Source: a virus
Taxonomy: Duplodnaviria > Caudoviricetes
IMG/VR virus record: IMGVR_UViG_3300020411_003161
Span: 260-64,259 of that record
Length of the DNA stretch: 64,000 bases
Reading direction: 5' to 3' (one strand)
Shown: positions 53,101 through 61,672 of the stretch, piece by piece
How the letters are laid out: every line of letters begins with the position of its first letter
Position numbering within the stretch: the first letter of the stretch is position 1
Notes under the pieces: generated by a model
What the model was told of the DNA's origin: nothing
Database searches by the model: none
What the model saw: the letters and a program-made list of their open reading frames with translations, nothing else
Translations under genes and position numbers: made by a program

Positions 53101-56100
53101 GTGTTCCCCTAATGGTTATGTTTTCAAATTCAGCACTTCCATTACCAGCAGAATCTAATCTAAATCCTTTAACTCCACTTGCAAAATCATTAGTTTCTAT
53201 AATACCACTAGATCTTAAAGTTAGATTTGAACCAACTATCGTTTCACTACCTAATGTCCAACCACCAATAGTTCCACTTGTTGAAGTTAAAACTCCAGCA
53301 CTTGTAACTTTAAATACTGAACTTGCGCCTAATGCAATTCCATCTGTCCCCAAATAAAGTCCCGTATTAGAGTCAGTTAATGTTGCTTTACTGCCAAGTG
53401 TTATTTTTGGAGTAGTAGGATCTAATAAAATATTCGTTGCTGATAGTGTAGAACCTATTGTCCACCCACCTATAGTACCTGATGTTGATTTTAAAACTCC
53501 AGCATTGGTTACACTGAAAGGTGCATCACCAAATGTAGAATCACCTAATTGTATTCCGGTTGAACCCAATTGAATATAATCAGAATCAGTTCCAGAATAG
53601 ATATCCGAAGTTCTTATATTCCAATTAGCAATTGTCCCAGCCTTAGCTGTTAATGAACCAGCATTGGTAACTTGAAATTCATTTTCATCACCAAGAGAAA
53701 TTCCATCTGAACTTATAAAAACTCCATCATTACCATCAGCAGCAAATGTAGCTTTATCTCCTATCTTTATGTTAGCACTAAAAGTACCAGTAGCACCAGT
53801 CAAATCCCCACTAAATACACCTGAAGTGAAATTGACAGCACCAGCAGAAGATATTGTAATTCCACCATTACTTACTGCTGTGCTATAATCAGCATCATTT
53901 CCCCACCACATATTACCTGAAGAATCCACACTCCAAGCATTAGTACCAATCTCTATTGAACCACCAGTAATAGATCCTTTAAAAGTAGCCGCACCATCTG
54001 CTGCTATTTTAAATTGATTAGAACCTAAAAAACCAGCCCCCAATGTTATATGACCTGCGCTTGTAAATGTATCATCAGCCACTTCAGTTCCGATATAAAT
54101 AGCATTACTATCTACAGTCCACCCACCAATACTACCCTCATTAGCAGTTATTTTTCCACTAATGTCAGCTGATGTCAACTTAGCTGCAGATGCTGTAATC
54201 TGTCCCGTTGAACCTGTAATTGAAAGTTGATGTGAATCGGAATGTATTCCTTGACTTTTAATAGTTATTCCACCAATACTACCTTCATCAGCTGTTATTT
54301 TTCCACTAATGTCAGCAGTTGTTAATTTAGCTGCAGAAGCTGTTATTTGTCCAGTTGAACCCGTAATTGAAAGTTGGTGTGAATCAGAATGTATTCCTGC
54401 ATTCTTAATTGTTATTCCACCAATCTGCCCAGTTGTGGCGGTTATATTACCTGATATTTTTGCAGCTGAAGCAGTTATTTGTCCCGTTGAACCTGTAATT
54501 GAAAGTTCATGTGAATCTGAATTTATTCCAGTACTATCAATTGTAATTCCACCAAAAGAACCCTTTGTAGCAGTTATATCACCATCTATCTTAGCTGCTG
54601 AAGCAGTTATTTTACCAGAAGAACTTAATACCAAATTCCCATCAGTACTTACAATCGCAATTGGATTTATTACAAAACCAGCAATAGATGCTGATTTGAA
54701 ACTTGCGAAACCTTTTGAGTCTATACTTGAAGAAGCATTTGTGGCAGTAGAAGCAACTCCCCCAATTAGTGCTGGAGTTCGTATAGCATTTGCAGTTAAA
54801 TCAGCATCAATAGTAACACCACTTCCAATTACTCCAGCACTCGCTTCAATAGTTCCATCTGCTTTGACTTGAAAATTAGAAGAAGATATAAAGTATTCTG
54901 TTCCAGTTGCAGCGCCACTTATGTAAAAATTAGGAGTTACAGGCTCATCAGGTGGTGAGAAAAAAGCATTATCACTAACACCAAAACTACCAATTGAAGC
55001 TGATACAAATCTGGCGAATCCCTTAGAATCTATAGATGATGAAGAGTTTTGTTCGGTTGATGCAACTCCACCGATTGTAGCAGGTGTTCTTAAACTATTT
55101 ACTGTCAATCCAGCATTAATTGTTGCATTAGCACCAATTACTAATGTATCATTATTTGGATCTAAATGAAAATCAGATGAACTTATCTCAATATTATTAT
55201 TAGCACCACTTATGAATTGAGTTGTAGTATTACCAACAAAAAATTTATCGGTTCTTATATCCAACTCAGATGGTATACTTCTAAATTTTAAAAATGAATT
55301 AGCGCTTCCATATAACTCTAATCCAACTCCTTTATAATCATCATCGGTAGCAGTTGGTAAAACAGAACCACTAAATAACATAACCCCCGTATTACCATTT
55401 GAAAAACCAGTATATTCTTTTGATTTTAAATAAGCACCACCATCTCTAGCAGCCATTTCAAAACCATCACCAACAGCATCACCAGTATATAATGAACCAC
55501 TTATTAAATTATCATTACCCTCAATAAAAAGAGCTGAACCTGTAAATGTTTGTTCTGATGAAGTTATTTCTATATCAGTATTTAATAAACTTCCCGTATA
55601 ATATTGTGCTATATCCCCATTTGGATTTTTAATTCTTAATCTAAAAACAACAGGAGTATTTCTTCTAAAATCATTTGGAACAGGAACTTTATATTGATGG
55701 GACAATATATTCAAACCAGCAGAATCATCTACTGGAACCTCATAATTACTTCCACTTATTTCATATGTAGATAATGTAGTATATTCTGTAGCTTGAGTAT
55801 TTGATTCTTTATATGAAAGTTCAGCAAATCTCGCTTGACCACCATTAGTTTGTAAATGTGAAGCACTAACATTGACATAACTTCTTGATACATGGGTATC
55901 ACCAGTATCAAATTCAATACTCTGATTAATCTCAAAACCACTCTGTAATAAAGTTGGTGTAGGAAAAAGTATTGGAGAAGTGTTTTGGTAATCTTTTCTT
56001 ATTTCATATTCAAAGGTACTTCTTATATTATATGCATCATCAAATTCACCTGGAGTATATTGTGAATCAAGAGAACTAACTATATAAAATTTAGCCATTC

Positions 56101-56416
56101 CATCAGCTATTTCTGCAGAAGTTCTCAATGGGTTTTTCTTTACCCAAACATATCCTATACCCCCACCACTAAGTGCAGTAGTTATTTCCGAATATATTAC
56201 AACACCTTTGGAATCAACAAATTCAAATAATAAATTTGCACCAGATTGTAGTGGTGGTAAATCTTCTGGTGGATTGTATGTTATTATAAATGGATGTTTA
56301 CCATAACCTAAAATATCTGGCAATAAACTTAAAGTAAAATATGTAGTATTATTAATTTCAGTATCAATATAATACCGATATGATTCTAAATCCAAAGTTT
56401 GTGAATATGTTGACAT
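47174..56416 (-). CDS. Giant virion protein (3080 aa), probable central tail fibre/spike
   Basis: G.IGG(W/F).I beta repeats, GSAEFENITIRGTL..TVFEK..VNAVGGQL motif, a long heptad-repeat stalk and the shared C-terminal GNKVDGTKGDWTLQEG domain. Confidence 0.85.
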   Translation of the reverse strand: MSTYSQTLDLESYRYYIDTEINNTTYFTLSLLPDILGYGKHPFIITYNPPEDLPPLQSGANLLFEFVDSKGVVIYSEITTALSGGGIGYVWVKKNPLRTSAEIADGMAKFYIVSSLDSQYTPGEFDDAYNIRSTFEYEIRKDYQNTSPILFPTPTLLQSGFEINQSIEFDTGDTHVSRSYVNVSASHLQTNGGQARFAELSYKESNTQATEYTTLSTYEISGSNYEVPVDDSAGLNILSHQYKVPVPNDFRRNTPVVFRLRIKNPNGDIAQYYTGSLLNTDIEITSSEQTFTGSALFIEGNDNLISGSLYTGDAVGDGFEMAARDGGAYLKSKEYTGFSNGNTGVMLFSGSVLPTATDDDYKGVGLELYGSANSFLKFRSIPSELDIRTDKFFVGNTTTQFISGANNNIEISSSDFHLDPNNDTLVIGANATINAGLTVNSLRTPATIGGVASTEQNSSSSIDSKGFARFVSASIGSFGVSDNAFFSPPDEPVTPNFYISGAATGTEYFISSSNFQVKADGTIEASAGVIGSGVTIDADLTANAIRTPALIGGVASTATNASSSIDSKGFASFKSASIAGFVINPIAIVSTDGNLVLSSSGKITASAAKIDGDITATKGSFGGITIDSTGINSDSHELSITGSTGQITASAAKISGNITATTGQIGGITIKNAGIHSDSHQLSITGSTGQITASAAKLTTADISGKITADEGSIGGITIKSQGIHSDSHQLSITGSTGQITASAAKLTSADISGKITANEGSIGGWTVDSNAIYIGTEVADDTFTSAGHITLGAGFLGSNQFKIAADGAATFKGSITGGSIEIGTNAWSVDSSGNMWWGNDADYSTAVSNGGITISSAGAVNFTSGVFSGDLTGATGTFSANIKIGDKATFAADGNDGVFISSDGISLGDENEFQVTNAGSLTAKAGTIANWNIRTSDIYSGTDSDYIQLGSTGIQLGDSTFGDAPFSVTNAGVLKSTSGTIGGWTIGSTLSATNILLDPTTPKITLGSKATLTDSNTGLYLGTDGIALGASSVFKVTSAGVLTSTSGTIGGWTLGSETIVGSNLTLRSSGIIETNDFASGVKGFRLDSAGNGSAEFENITIRGTLSTTVFEKETVNAVGGQLYVGNSTTITGSTQLASTATTMSVANIGGFVANEIISAKKVTDTGFSTEYMLVESSSRNNPESGTDIGGKLYVKRGYSGSLPGTNDTSSLGDSASIATTYEPGQVIVSTGKEGTGFIRLNANPNDSTTPYIDVVERTGSAIYDIQLKTRLGDLSGLSQEKLHGTNPANAGFGLYGENVFLQGGIVANTGSIGGIKMQSNKLFTGAGTFGTADTGVYLDSSGQFSLKDKFKWDNSTLTITGSLAISDGDVSKSLASINTTTQSINLGITSLNNTTGSHNARISAIEITTGSINLSVSSLNESTASVGQTTGSLNATTASLQNSITSQDSRISSIELTTGSINLSVSALESTTTSLNTETGSLQSSITTQDARLAEIELTTGSINLSVSAIETATASLNTTTGSLNTSIATQNQRLADIELTTGSINLSVSAIESATASLNTTTGSLNTSIATQNQRLADIELTTGSINLSVSAIESATASLNTTTGSLNDSITTQNQRLAEIELTTGSINLSVEAIKQTTGSQDQRLSQIELETGSINLSVSSINDTTGSQSDRLSQIELTTGSIELSVEAIKQTTGSQDQRLSQIEIETGSINLNVSSIHQTTSSQDNRLSQIELETGSINLSVASINQETGSQDQRLSQIELTTGSINLSVESIKQTTGSQDNRLSQIELETGSINLSVSSINDTTGSQDQRLSQIELETGSINLSVASINQETGSQDQRLSQIELTTGSINLSVSAIEATTSSLNTATGSQNQRLSEIELETGSINLSVSSINDTTGSQDQRLSQIELTTGSIELSVTALNNDSSSNLTALNINQAGVQISGSKLEFSGSTFVFGNKGAVGSQFISGSDGELEISSSTFALKGGAITASAGVIGGFLINSTQIKASGSSTDFLLTSGVNGSSDTSGDVDVTMIGTSQREFDGTIVKAEYTGSTTDTSDSGVAQLIVILDGVDQTPVNIVGSDNNTNEIEREDTTNYSYTAGQTVGAKIRFPDQSSGTFAINEMTVRLTLNEVSSPEQNGIVIDSSVPSISLGSGSFGETGIQLEVSKSITKAHIGELTGSHLRYDEGGFDISSSKFYFGSSTGTYISGSNGNLKIQSDKFTLAQNGDVTIEGQVSASSGDIGGINISSNQISAGSFSLTNGGILTAVGADLAGTISASAGNIGGLKLEEGKLSAGAGGGDVFSITGSTGQLTASNALIQGRLTAESINATGSGVIGGFDISGTQINDTGNNLILKSNGQITASAAQLSGDLIANNISADSGSIGGWILGDSAISKSFGAGLTQSIALTSSADNMVGLEFKDNDTSQLRVGANFEFSTLPDTSEPLTNLSFERPGAGASYPIIDNVSSWTIDTPTVRNAADDGVYSLNNPSIGGLGTVSSSYVVGRNDLDYQLISEDYADTPANKSMTNEDRRFQRASDVTPFGDNFLAVSASFNNDIKDGTSALGFSFKTTLTQQSSTSQTLEPGSSITFGGSYLIPDLLYNDYVFQNHFGKTLSGVSITPGVSTSWQNRTIGMTFRIILQLKIGSDVVAQRTAFSYSYEHPTRTFTHEDWNKWHNFSSNYTNNTNSDKTGNVSLVLINELIGGRATTFDQNNSGERYDNAYHGMGLGYNPVTTNQDLLGEFFTPIVLFDNFSVVVGSKPVVEVSPEGINAQLNRGEFFKFTRDGLELATNRSVSFTQVNPKAVLFDVSASNADGINLNPQISFNSSHTSSFSSPNTISLKGQGAFASSSATDTKVGRGGDIIIAAGDGANTGATGITAGVGGDLYLRSGDRGLHSDGGTSGTPGNIYITGSIFSSGSVTIDGKYTIPNTTGTSGDVLKWPSSGTTLEWGAGGSGGSGGTITALNNQTENRLVTIGSTTTELDGEANLTFDGSTLTVTGDIDPGASATHDLGSTTLRWRNVYTTDLQLSNMDREEGNKVDGTKGDWTLQEGKDDLYVINNLTGKKFKISLTPVDED
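50640..52300 (-). repeat. About 16 tandem repeats, mostly 28 or 42 aa (84/126 bp), forming a coiled-coil stalk
   Basis: RL..IE(L/I)(T/E)TGSI(N/E)L(S/N)V counted 16 times; unit lengths are multiples of 7. Confidence 0.9.
54150..55100 (-). repeat. Intragenic repeats: 3x GGITI..GI.SDSH.LSITGSTGQITASAAK and 2x RTPA.IGGVAST..N.SSSIDSKGFA
   Basis: Visible in both protein and DNA. Confidence 0.85.
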
Positions 56417-56438
56417 GTATTAATCCTAAATCTTATTA

Positions 56439-56471
56439 ATAAATATTTAAGAAATAATATATGATATTTAT
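56439..56471. promoter_or_regulatory. Back-to-back divergent ATATTTAT motifs
   Basis: The minus-strand copy (56439-56446) faces the 3080-aa gene and the plus-strand copy (56464-56471) faces the RHH gene. Confidence 0.65.
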
Positions 56472-56501
56472 TTATATGTATAAAATAAGGATAATATCGG
56501 T

Positions 56502-56678
56502 ATGAAAAGAAAATATTCTTTTACAATAGATGAAACGCTAATGGAATGGTTTAGACTTTATGTTAAAGATGAAAGCACTACTATGAGTGCTGTTTTAAAC
56601 CAACATATATTAAGTTTGAAAAGAGGTGGCAATAAACCTAAAAATATATTATACTCTAATAAAATAAATCAAAATTAA
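56502..56678 (+). CDS. Small ribbon-helix-helix (Arc/CopG-like) DNA-binding protein, 58 aa
   Basis: Below the ORF-track cutoff. MKRKYSFTIDETLMEWFRLYVKDESTTMSAVLNQHILSL... has an alternating beta strand followed by two helices. TAAGG RBS and ATATTTAT motif lie upstream on the plus strand, and its stop overlaps the convergent SbcDC stop. Confidence 0.75.
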   Translation: MKRKYSFTIDETLMEWFRLYVKDESTTMSAVLNQHILSLKRGGNKPKNILYSNKINQN

Positions 56679-59600
56679 GTATAAGTTATCTTAGAATAAC
56701 CACTCGTAGTTTTATTAATTGGTAGTAAATAATCCATAAAATCTTTTATAGTGTCTAAGTGTGTTATAATGAAAACAGATTGAAATCTGGTTTTTAAGTA
56801 ATCAAAAGCTCCTTTCATATTTGCTAAGTTTTCCGAATCCAATGTACCGAATCCCTCATCGATTACAAGAAAACTTGGATGTGGTAAATTAGATACATTG
56901 ATTAACCCAACTCTCAATGCGAGTGAAGATACGAACTTCTCCATTCCACTTGATAAATCCAATGCCCATTCATCCTCATCATACTTTATATAAATGTTTA
57001 TGTTCTTATCTTCATTTCTAAGTTTCAATTCAAACCCAACCATCATATGTTGTAATACTGCATTTACCTCATTCTCAATGATTGGTAAAGCATCATTTAT
57101 AATCAATCTAGGTATTCCATCTCGAGCAACAAGATTTAAATACAGAGAATAATCATTTATCTTTTGTTCAATTTCTATAAATTGTTTTATTTCATTTTCT
57201 ATATTCAATTTATTGGTTTCGATAACAGTTATATTTGTTTTTAATCTCTCAACTTTTTTACTCAAATCATCTCTTAGAGATATGTTAGAATCAAGCTCAG
57301 AAACAATCTCTTTTAGATTCTTATTAACTTCTTCGTTATGTTGGATTAAAGCTTTATTCTTATCGTAATTTTTCTTATCCTCATATAGTGAAGAAAGATT
57401 CATTTCATCTTCTGATATGTCTTTTTCTATCTGCTTCAACTTTGCATGATTTTTATAAGCATCACTCTCAACTCTTTTTAAATCCTCAGCAAGTTGTTCA
57501 TATTTTATCTTAATTTGTTCTGAATCACCCAATATAACAAGTTTATTAGAAACTCCCAATTTTGCAAGTTTTATTTTCTCCAACTTAACTTTCTTATCCT
57601 CTATCTCATTCTCCATAGATTTTTTATCTTCAATTTGATGTTTACCATTCTCTAAACAAAATTCGCAGTTTTCATCATATTCATATTTTTCTAAATGAGA
57701 TAACTTTTCTTCAGCCTCTTTTATTGTTGATTGTACTAATAAAATTGCATTAGAAAGTTCTTTTTCCTCTGATTGCATTTCTCTATATGCTTCGAAATCT
57801 TCAGCTATTTTATCTTCATCATAAGTCTTACTATCTTTCAATAATTGATTATATAGAGATCTTAAATCTTCTTTATATTCCAATTCAGTATTTAAAATTT
57901 CATTATTGGTTTCTATGTGAGTTTCCAATTTATTTATTTCTTCTTCAAAATTTGTTTTATCCAAAACAACATCTATATCTTTTAACTTCTTTATAAATCT
58001 TTCTTTTTTCTTACTATTTCTATCAATTATCTTATTAAATTTATTTAATTCTTTTTCCTCTATTTTAAGTGTAGATTGTTGTGCAATCAAATCCTCTTCC
58101 AATTTAGAAATTTGATAAAACAATTCTTTGTCTTTCATTCTTCTATGTAAAGCTTTTTCTTCAGCAACATCCTCTCTTGCTATATCGTATAATTTATCAA
58201 ACAATTCAATATCAAGAAATTGAGACAAAATTTGTTTTCTTTCCGATTGCTTCTTCTCTACAAAATTTTGTCCATTATTTTGTAAAGACATTGAAGTTAA
58301 AATAAAATCATCGAATGTTCCTAATATATTTCGTATCTCTTCATTAGTTCCAGTTCCATATTGTGAATTACTTCTTTGTGCTCCAGATAAATCAATCATT
58401 TCCCCATTCTCTTCCATATAAAATTTAACAGATACAGGGCAAGTCTTTGTAACTATTCCAGTCTTTCTGGCAGTTCTTCTTTTTAATGTACCAACTCTAT
58501 GTATAAAATATGTAACACCATTTACTTCTATAGCCAACTTTATTTCAAATTTCCTAGTTCTTCTATTCAAAACTTCCATAGCCTTATAAGTTCTAGAACA
58601 TGCATCAAATATAGCATAAGAAATAATATCAAATAATGCCGACTTACCACTATGGTTTGGAGCTATGAGTCCAACAATTCCATTTAATTTAGTGAAGTCA
58701 ATCTTATTACCTTTACCATAACTAAACATATTATCAAACTCAATATACTTTAATCTCCACTCTATATTCCGTGGTTTATCCTTCATCATAGAAACAGATG
58801 AATTTGTCTGTTCATTTATTTTATATATTCTATCTATTGTTTCATCATCTATATTAGGATTTTCTTCTTTCAATACCTTTGAAACAAGTTTATTCTGAAC
58901 ATCCAAATCATGTATATCATCTATTGATATTTTATTTTGACCTTGATGTAAGTGGGAATCAATACTTGTTATTTTTTCAGTAACTATTTGTTTTAATTTT
59001 CTATAGTTCTTTCTTAAATCTAATTCAATCAATCTCAATTCTTCTACTGAAGTATCTTTGTATTTTATTTTTATATTACCAAATTTTGGTATAAAAGACA
59101 TCTTACTTTTTATCTTACCATCTTCAACCAATATAGTTTTAAAACCATAATCATTTTCTACCCTGATGAATTCAGATTTTCTTTTTTCCACATCCCAAAG
59201 TAAAAATCCATGTTCTGGTGCCTCAGCAAAGTTCTGTTGAATCAATGAACCACAATATGCAATTGTTTCTCCTTTATTAAGAAATTGTCTTTTATGAATG
59301 TCACCCAATAGAACCATATCATATCCATCAAAATGTGAAACCTTCACATCGTCATCCTGCATCTCCAATCCAGTATCAACTTCAAAAGTACCCACACCAC
59401 CGTGATAAACAGCTATTTTTGTATCCCCCTCTATATCTGATGCTTTAGGTAAATTCTTTACATTTGGTTTACCTTCTTTATTTATATCAAATACTGATAA
59501 GAAACCAAATTTATGTCCACCCAACTCATATACACCACTTTTTTTCCAATAGTGTATATTTGGATTTATTTGTTTTACTAAATCTATTATTGGTGATAAA

Positions 59601-59887
59601 ACATCTTCACGTGATTTATTGTTTAAATTACAATCATGATTTCCAGGAATTATTAATGTGGGTGAGATAGCACTTAACTTTAAAAAGAAATCAGCAACTA
59701 ATCTAACTTCTTCTGGCGATGTATCAAGTTTTCCATGAACAATATCACCACCTATGTAAATTAAATCAGGCTTTACTTCCTTCAATTTTTTATATAATCT
59801 CTTAAACACATCTCGATATTCCACAAACCTATGTAGTTTTCTGATGTGAATATCTGCTAAGTGTGCTATAGTTTTAATTTTATCCAT
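56675..59887 (-). CDS. Fused Mre11/SbcD nuclease-Rad50/SbcC ATPase (T4 gp47+gp46 equivalent)
   Basis: Nuclease motifs DIH, GGD, PGNHD and LGDIH. ATPase motifs APNHSGKS, CEFC zinc hook within the coiled coil, LSSGME signature, IDEGFG and ITH. Confidence 0.93.
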   Translation of the reverse strand: MDKIKTIAHLADIHIRKLHRFVEYRDVFKRLYKKLKEVKPDLIYIGGDIVHGKLDTSPEEVRLVADFFLKLSAISPTLIIPGNHDCNLNNKSREDVLSPIIDLVKQINPNIHYWKKSGVYELGGHKFGFLSVFDINKEGKPNVKNLPKASDIEGDTKIAVYHGGVGTFEVDTGLEMQDDDVKVSHFDGYDMVLLGDIHKRQFLNKGETIAYCGSLIQQNFAEAPEHGFLLWDVEKRKSEFIRVENDYGFKTILVEDGKIKSKMSFIPKFGNIKIKYKDTSVEELRLIELDLRKNYRKLKQIVTEKITSIDSHLHQGQNKISIDDIHDLDVQNKLVSKVLKEENPNIDDETIDRIYKINEQTNSSVSMMKDKPRNIEWRLKYIEFDNMFSYGKGNKIDFTKLNGIVGLIAPNHSGKSALFDIISYAIFDACSRTYKAMEVLNRRTRKFEIKLAIEVNGVTYFIHRVGTLKRRTARKTGIVTKTCPVSVKFYMEENGEMIDLSGAQRSNSQYGTGTNEEIRNILGTFDDFILTSMSLQNNGQNFVEKKQSERKQILSQFLDIELFDKLYDIAREDVAEEKALHRRMKDKELFYQISKLEEDLIAQQSTLKIEEKELNKFNKIIDRNSKKKERFIKKLKDIDVVLDKTNFEEEINKLETHIETNNEILNTELEYKEDLRSLYNQLLKDSKTYDEDKIAEDFEAYREMQSEEKELSNAILLVQSTIKEAEEKLSHLEKYEYDENCEFCLENGKHQIEDKKSMENEIEDKKVKLEKIKLAKLGVSNKLVILGDSEQIKIKYEQLAEDLKRVESDAYKNHAKLKQIEKDISEDEMNLSSLYEDKKNYDKNKALIQHNEEVNKNLKEIVSELDSNISLRDDLSKKVERLKTNITVIETNKLNIENEIKQFIEIEQKINDYSLYLNLVARDGIPRLIINDALPIIENEVNAVLQHMMVGFELKLRNEDKNINIYIKYDEDEWALDLSSGMEKFVSSLALRVGLINVSNLPHPSFLVIDEGFGTLDSENLANMKGAFDYLKTRFQSVFIITHLDTIKDFMDYLLPINKTTSGYSKITYT

Positions 59888-60791
59888 ATAATTTTGCCTG
59901 TATCATATCTGAAAAACTTGATGATATTGTCTTATCAATTAAATTAGTCATATATTCAAATCCCAAATCATTAGGATCTTTATTCTTTGGTAATTTTACT
60001 ACTTTGGAATCTATACCAAAATCTTTAAAAAATTCTGATAGATTATAAGCATCTTTTTTAGCATCTTCATCTAAAGCAATATAAATTGTTTTTACTTTCT
60101 TTTCAAATATTTTTCTTAATAAACTCTTTGGTGGTTTTTTACTCAACATCGGTATTGCATTTGTTCTGATTGAAATAGCATCAAACATACCCTCACATAA
60201 TACAATTGGATAAGACCAAGCAATAAACCAATCAAATGGAACTATATCTCTTGATACATTTGGATTTTTATATTTCATTCCACCCATAAATGACCTACCT
60301 ACGAAATAATTCAATATACCATTATCATCATAGCTAGGAATAATAATCCTATTTTGATAAACACCAGTATCACAAAATCCAATTTTGTACTTTTTAATAT
60401 CAATACCATCCAATCCTCTTTTTTTTAAAAAACTTATTGCATGATTATAAAATAATGATTTTGATTTTTTCCACAATGGTTGGTATTCCATAGGTAAAGA
60501 AACAATAACCTTTGATTCCTTGTCACCCCCTTTGGTTGGAACAAATACAATATCCTTTAGTTCACTAAAATATTTAGTATCAGCGTTTATCTTTTTAAAT
60601 AATGAATATAAAGAATGCCCACCTTGATTACTAACCCAACAATGCCATTTCTGTGATGACATATTGATTTGTAATTTTGGTTTGTAATGACTAACAAAAG
60701 GTGAGAAAAACATATACTCATCCTGTTTTGTTAGTTTCTTACTTCGACTATTCAAAGCCCGTTCTAACAAATGTATTAATTTATTATTCAT
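59880..60791 (-). CDS. DNA primase (DnaG/TOPRIM type)
   Basis: Degenerate Zn domain SPF..H...WHCW, FLKKRG, RIIIP, KYKNP, TOPRIM CEGMFDA and LDEDA, KDPND. Confidence 0.9.
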   Translation of the reverse strand: MNNKLIHLLERALNSRSKKLTKQDEYMFFSPFVSHYKPKLQINMSSQKWHCWVSNQGGHSLYSLFKKINADTKYFSELKDIVFVPTKGGDKESKVIVSLPMEYQPLWKKSKSLFYNHAISFLKKRGLDGIDIKKYKIGFCDTGVYQNRIIIPSYDDNGILNYFVGRSFMGGMKYKNPNVSRDIVPFDWFIAWSYPIVLCEGMFDAISIRTNAIPMLSKKPPKSLLRKIFEKKVKTIYIALDEDAKKDAYNLSEFFKDFGIDSKVVKLPKNKDPNDLGFEYMTNLIDKTISSSFSDMIQAKLYG

Positions 60792-61287
60792 ATAAAGCGC
60801 AAACTAATGCGTCATAACCATCCAAATTCCGTTTATCCCACAAACCTGTTTTTGTTAATTTAATGTATTCTTCTAAATTATACAAGTTATTTATTTCTTC
60901 CTTTACAAAATCCTTTGCAGATACTCCTTGTTTACGAGCTTTGCCAAAAAGATGTTTTCTTGCTGTCATTGGATTAATACCATCTACTATTTCCCCATAG
61001 GCAAACTCTAAACAATATACCAATACAGCATTGAACTTTGCTAACTTTATTATCGTTTGTTGCGATGTTCTACCACGCATAAAACCAGAAAGATTATCTT
61101 CGATATATATTTTTTCAACTCTTTCAAATGGATCGATTTTAGTAATCTCATCCATTGTTAATTGAACTTTATCTCGAATTGTTTTTTCTTTTTCAATGGG
61201 GATAAACCCCATTTTAATAACCTCTTTACCATCTACGAATGCATAACCTACTGTTGTAGTTGATGCATCCAAACCTAATTTTTTCAA
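60784..61287 (-). CDS. RuvC-like Holliday junction resolvase
   Basis: LGLDASTTTVGYA, IYIED, P.TARK and DGYDALV RNase H-fold acidic residues. Confidence 0.82.
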   Translation of the reverse strand: MKKLGLDASTTTVGYAFVDGKEVIKMGFIPIEKEKTIRDKVQLTMDEITKIDPFERVEKIYIEDNLSGFMRGRTSQQTIIKLAKFNAVLVYCLEFAYGEIVDGINPMTARKHLFGKARKQGVSAKDFVKEEINNLYNLEEYIKLTKTGLWDKRNLDGYDALVCALYE

Positions 61288-61290
61288 ATG

Positions 61291-61668
61291 TTACTTCTTT
61301 TTTAGAAATTCCTTTGCCATCTTTTGACCATACTTTTCTGCTTTCTTTTCAAAGTAGTTATCATCGTGAGCGTCACCACCTTTATCAACAGCAATATTCA
61401 TTTCCGTTTCATATCTTTTTTTATATCCCTTCTTTCCATATTTTTTAGCATCAAGAGCATGGTCAATCTCGTGATATACTGTAACTAAAAAATCTTTAAA
61501 ATTGGAAGTTGGTTTAATGTTAATTATATCATCATCTACATTATAATCAGCTTTATTTTTTCCAGTGTTTTTAAATTTTATTTTTGATTTTAATCCAGCT
61601 TGTCTAACTATTTCTGTAGCAATTTGATGAAAATCCACCCTTTCATTTAATATATCCATTAATTTCAT
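61291..61668 (-). CDS. Small zincin-like (HExxH) metallopeptidase-domain protein with capsid-targeting-like N-terminus
   Basis: YHEIDHALD...NYFEKKAE; N-terminus MKLMDILNE; ATATTTAT motif 4 nt upstream of the ATG. Confidence 0.75.
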   Translation of the reverse strand: MKLMDILNERVDFHQIATEIVRQAGLKSKIKFKNTGKNKADYNVDDDIINIKPTSNFKDFLVTVYHEIDHALDAKKYGKKGYKKRYETEMNIAVDKGGDAHDDNYFEKKAEKYGQKMAKEFLKKK

Positions 61669-61672
61669 ACTA

